NCBI RefSeq assembly: GCF_009914755.1
Contig: NC_060928.1
Reading direction: 5' to 3' (one strand)
Length of the DNA: 64,000 bases
From: the human T2T-CHM13v2.0 reference genome, Homo sapiens
The notes below the pieces were generated by a model. It had not been told where the DNA came from and did not search any database. It was given only the letters and a program-made list of their open reading frames with translations. The translations under genes and the position numbers were made by a program. Of this stretch, positions 60,141 through 64,000 are shown one piece after another. Position 1 is the first letter of the stretch; every line of letters begins with the position of its first letter.

Positions 60141-60701
60141 AGAAATGTAAAATGATTTACATAAAATGCTGTAACTGTAAAATCAATTCAGAGAGGAAAT
60201 GTTCAAGAATAAGTGATTTTCAAGAAGTATAATTTTATGATCTGACATCTGAGAAATAGTTGAACAAATGGAAGAATTGTCTTACTCCAGAGTATTAGAA
60301 ACAAGCCAGTGGGAGGGTGTTCAGTGAGCCATTTGTAACTAGAGAGCCCTCCGGAGAAAGAGGGGGTGGAGTTTCTGAGGAACCAGACAGAGCTGGGATT
60401 TTCTCAGCTGTGTTTGCAGTTTCACTTAGATACCGTTCAAAGCCATTTCTAGCATCTAATAAAAACAGATGCACTTTTTCTTACAGCCCCCAAGTGTCTG
60501 GAATACAAATTTCCCATCTTGTCACTGACCAGCTTCTCTGTCCTTGGAATCCCTCTACCTCTGTTCCTTTGTCCCTGGGATTCATGGTTGTGACCAGACT
60601 GCAGACCCTTGCTACCTGATAACCCGCCCCTGTCTCGCCAACTCCTGTGAACAACCTACTCCACTTGAAAACAAACACATCCATCTCTTTTTTTTTTTTT
60701 T

Positions 60702-60891
60702 AATTTATAACTGAAAGAGGTTTAATTGCCTCACAGTTCTGTAGACTATACAGGAAGCATAGCGGCTTCTGGCTTCTGTTTCTGGGAAAGCATCAGGAAG
60801 CTTCCAATCATGGCAGAAGGAAAACAGGGAGTGAGGCATCTCCACACGGTGGGAAAAGGAGCATGAGAGAGTGTGAGAGGAGCTACACACC
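60702..60891 (-). mobile_element. Internal MST LTR fragment, probably L1-transduced
   Basis: MST-like gaaagaggtttaattgcctcacagttct...aatcatggcagaagg...ctacacac; lacks both LTR termini. Confidence 0.85.
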
Positions 60892-61108
60892 TTTTTTTGT
60901 TATTGTTTTACTTTAAGTTCTGGGACACATGTGCAGAACGTGCAGGTTTGTTACATAGGTATACATGTGCCATGGTGGTTTGCTGCACCCATCAACCCAT
61001 CATCTAGGTTTTAAGTCCCTCATGTATTATATATTTGTCCTAATGCTCTCCCTCCCCTTGCTCCCCACCCCCCGACGGGACCCGGTGTGTGATGTTCCCC
61101 TCCCTGTG
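60892..61108 (-). mobile_element. Short L1PA7/8-type 3' end
   Basis: tactttaagttctgggacacatgtgcagaacgtgcagg...gatgttcccctccctgtg. Confidence 0.93.
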
Positions 61109-61582
61109 AGTAAGAACACAGAGAAACATACCCATTTCTTTACATTGAAAGAGACCTTAGAGATCATCTGACAAAAGGGGCCAGGAGAGTTAGTGTGACT
61201 TTCACGAGGTCACAGAGCTATTTTAGTCACAAAGCCAGCACAACAAAGCCAGCACAAGAACCTTACTCCATCCCCTGATGCCTCCTCTACCACTTCTCGA
61301 TGTCCATCCCAGCAGCCTCAGTTACAACTGGCTTCCTGAAGAAAGTTTTCAAAAACGTTATGTATTAGTCATTGAACCCTAGACTACGCTAAAAGGTAAC
61401 TTGTAAATCCACCTGATGCATTGATCTCCCTGGTGGAAATAATTTGAATGCTTCCTGGCCTCGACTAATCTTTATGTATGCATGTATGTAATTTGTATGT
61501 TGGTACATGTGCTGCCTTTCATGCTACTTTTTGCTTCATGTGAACAGCAGCCACATGTAAACACTTCCCCAGCTTTCTAGAG

Positions 61583-61759
61583 CAGGGCCATCCAATAGAA
61601 CTTTCTCCGATAATGAAAATGCTCGTTACCTATGACAGTAGTCACATGCTGCTTTTGAGCACTTGAAATAAGGCTAGCGTAACTGAGGAACTGAATCTTT
61701 TATTTTATTTCATTGTAATTCATTCAAACACAAATTTCAATGCCACTTGGCCAACACAG
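61583..61759. mobile_element. MER3-type hAT-Charlie element
   Basis: tccaatagaactttct...gagcacttgaaa...actgaggaactgaat; perfect 8-bp TSD ttctagag. Confidence 0.88.
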
Positions 61760-62651
61760 TTCTAGAGAGTCATTGTGTTTCTTACAATGGATACGTAAAA
61801 TTTCAATTGTATTGATATTTTGGTTTATTTATTATTCCTCTGTCCTCATTCAAAATGCTTTTTGCTTTTGCTATTATAGCAAATACAATATTATGTACAG
61901 ATATATATATACACTCCCATAAAAAAATTGCTTGTGTGGTTTTCTTCTTTTGATTTATTTGTTTAACTTCCTGCAAATGAAACTCCAACTGCGTAGTGTT
62001 TTGACTGAAATATTCCTTAAAATCCTCAAAGAGGCTCCATCTGTCTCTCTTCCCCTCTTTTTCTCCCATTATATACCCTCTGGAGCAGGAACTCTGTCGA
62101 GAATCCGGGCCTTCTGTTTCTAAGTCCTCCACTGGGGCCGCTCTCAGCCCTTTTTCTGTGCTTCCTCATCCTCCCTGAGTCATGTTTTAGGTCTCCTTTC
62201 CCCAAGCCAACTTTATCCTTTTGTATTGTCCTTTGGAAGCAAAGACACAGGTCATTTTGATTTAAGGGATTTGCTACTAATCCAGACAAAATAGAAAGCA
62301 CAGGGATGTTCCAAAAGTTCAGAATCTGGACATAATCCACAGCTCTGTTCCCAATTCCTCACTCCTGGCCAAAGATGTAGAGGGACTGCAAACACAGTGT
62401 TTGAAGCCAGAGAGATCCGGTGTTACTTGTTCCCCTGAGCAACATCAGCTCACTCTGGTGCTTTCCTTATTTCCCTACACCTCAGCCTCACACATCACAG
62501 TCATCTCCACGGAGAGGATGCCCAAGAAATGCTGCTGAGGCAATATAAACTCAACCCCGTCCGTCAGAAAAGATAAACAGGCCACTCTCCAGATCACTTG
62601 GATGGTGAATGCAGTTTTGAGCAAATCCACTCAAGTTTTCAGGTTAGACAA

Positions 62652-63196
62652 TGTGATGGTTACTACTGTCAACTTGATTGGATTGAAGGATGCAAAGTAT
62701 TGTTCCGGCGTGTGTCCGTGAGGGCGTTACCAAAGGAGATTAACATTTGAAGTCAGTGGACTGGGAGAGGCAGACCCACCGCAATCTGGGTGGGCACCAT
62801 CCAAGTAGCTGCCAGTAGCTAGAATAAAGCGGGCAGAAGAAAGTGGAATGAACAGACTCTCTGAGTCTTCCAGCCTCCATCTTTCTCCCGTGCTGGATGC
62901 TTCCTGCCCTTGAACATCAGACTCCAACTTCTTCAGCTTTTGGACTCTTGGACTTCAACCAGTGATTTGCCAGGGCTATCAGGCCTTCGGCCACAGACTG
63001 AAGGCTGCACTGTTGGCTTCCCTACTTCTGAGATTTTGGGACTCAGACTGGCTTCCTTGCTCCTCAGCTTGCAGATGGCCTATTGTGGGACCTCACCTTG
63101 TGATTGTGTGAGTCAGTACTCCTTAATAAACCTCCCCTTCATAAACATACATCTGTCCTATTAGTTTTGTCCCTCTAGGCAACCCTGACTAATACA
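62652..63196 (+). mobile_element. MLT2A (HERV-L) solo LTR, MLT2A2-like length
   Basis: tgtgatggtta...tgtcaacttgattggattgaagg...aaccctgactaataca; perfect 5-bp TSD gacaa. Confidence 0.95.
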
Positions 63197-64000
63197 GACA
63201 AGGTCAAAAATTAAGCCAGCACTGAAGGGGCATAACATGGAACTCCAGAATCACACAGCGGTAGGAAGAAACACTTCAGGTTATGGTTCCCCAGAAAAAA
63301 GAGATGGGGAAAAATCAGGAAATTTATCACTAGATCACATGAGATAATTCAGTTAGAGAGATACTTTTAAAACTGTGAATAACCACAGGTAAGACAAAGA
63401 GAATATTAGGCAGGCAACAAGAACCCATGACAGTTGTCCTTATAAATGAAAACGGCTTGCTGTAGTTATCAGTTCATAGATATGCCAGTCAGAACAAAGG
63501 TCAGGATTATTTCAGGATTTCAGGATTCCCATGCTTGTCCCTACAGGCAACTAGGGAAACCGGTATGAGTTAGCCTATAGAAGAGAACAGAGCTTACAGA
63601 GTAAGAACCCTGATCAAGCCAAACCTGATGTCCATCTATGTCTGGAATTTTCATTTGTATTATGTCCTTTTTCTCGTGGCTGTGGCTTAAAGCCCTGTGG
63701 CATGTCTACTGTGAGGCTCCTGGATGGTGAGCTATTCCAGAGAAATCTAGTCTTACAGAGATGAACATTTGACAGAAACTCCCTCTCTCATTATCTGTAA
63801 AAACTGAGCATTCATTGTTAGGTATAATAACAATATAGTGGGAACAGGAAGGGAGGTACTGGGAACTAAGTTGAGTCTGCCACTTAATCATTTGATCATT
63901 TGAATTTTGCTGGGTGTCAGCTTCCTTATTTATAAAATAAGGATGTTAGAACAGATACATGGTTTTAAAATTTAATTTTGACTTAACAACAAATTTTGAA

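Overview
Human genomic DNA: an Alu carrying AluYb8 diagnostic changes points to Homo sapiens. The window is non-coding (intronic or intergenic) and dense in transposons, and no host protein-coding exon could be recognised. It holds 24 Alu copies, a near full-length L1PA3/4-type LINE-1 (5546-11617, ORF1/ORF2 broken), older L1, L2, CR1 and MIR fragments, MaLR/ERVL solo LTRs (THE1, MST, MLT1, MLT2A) and hAT/Tigger DNA-transposon relics. Almost all ORFs in the supplied track are repeat-derived. Structure the repeat catalogue does not explain: (1) a ~530-bp AT-rich fold-back inverted repeat with nested hairpins (3475-4005); (2) two L1 3'-transductions, one cut at the poly(A) signal of a captured MST LTR; (3) three short local direct duplications 0.6-0.9 kb apart; (4) an L1 ORF0-homologous frame that stays open out of the element; (5) a minus-strand TATA/Inr/GC-box first-exon candidate plus several minus-strand exon candidates, suggesting an unidentified host transcript. 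I found no convincing new multi-gene system. Subfamily names come from remembered consensus features and all alignments were done by eye.
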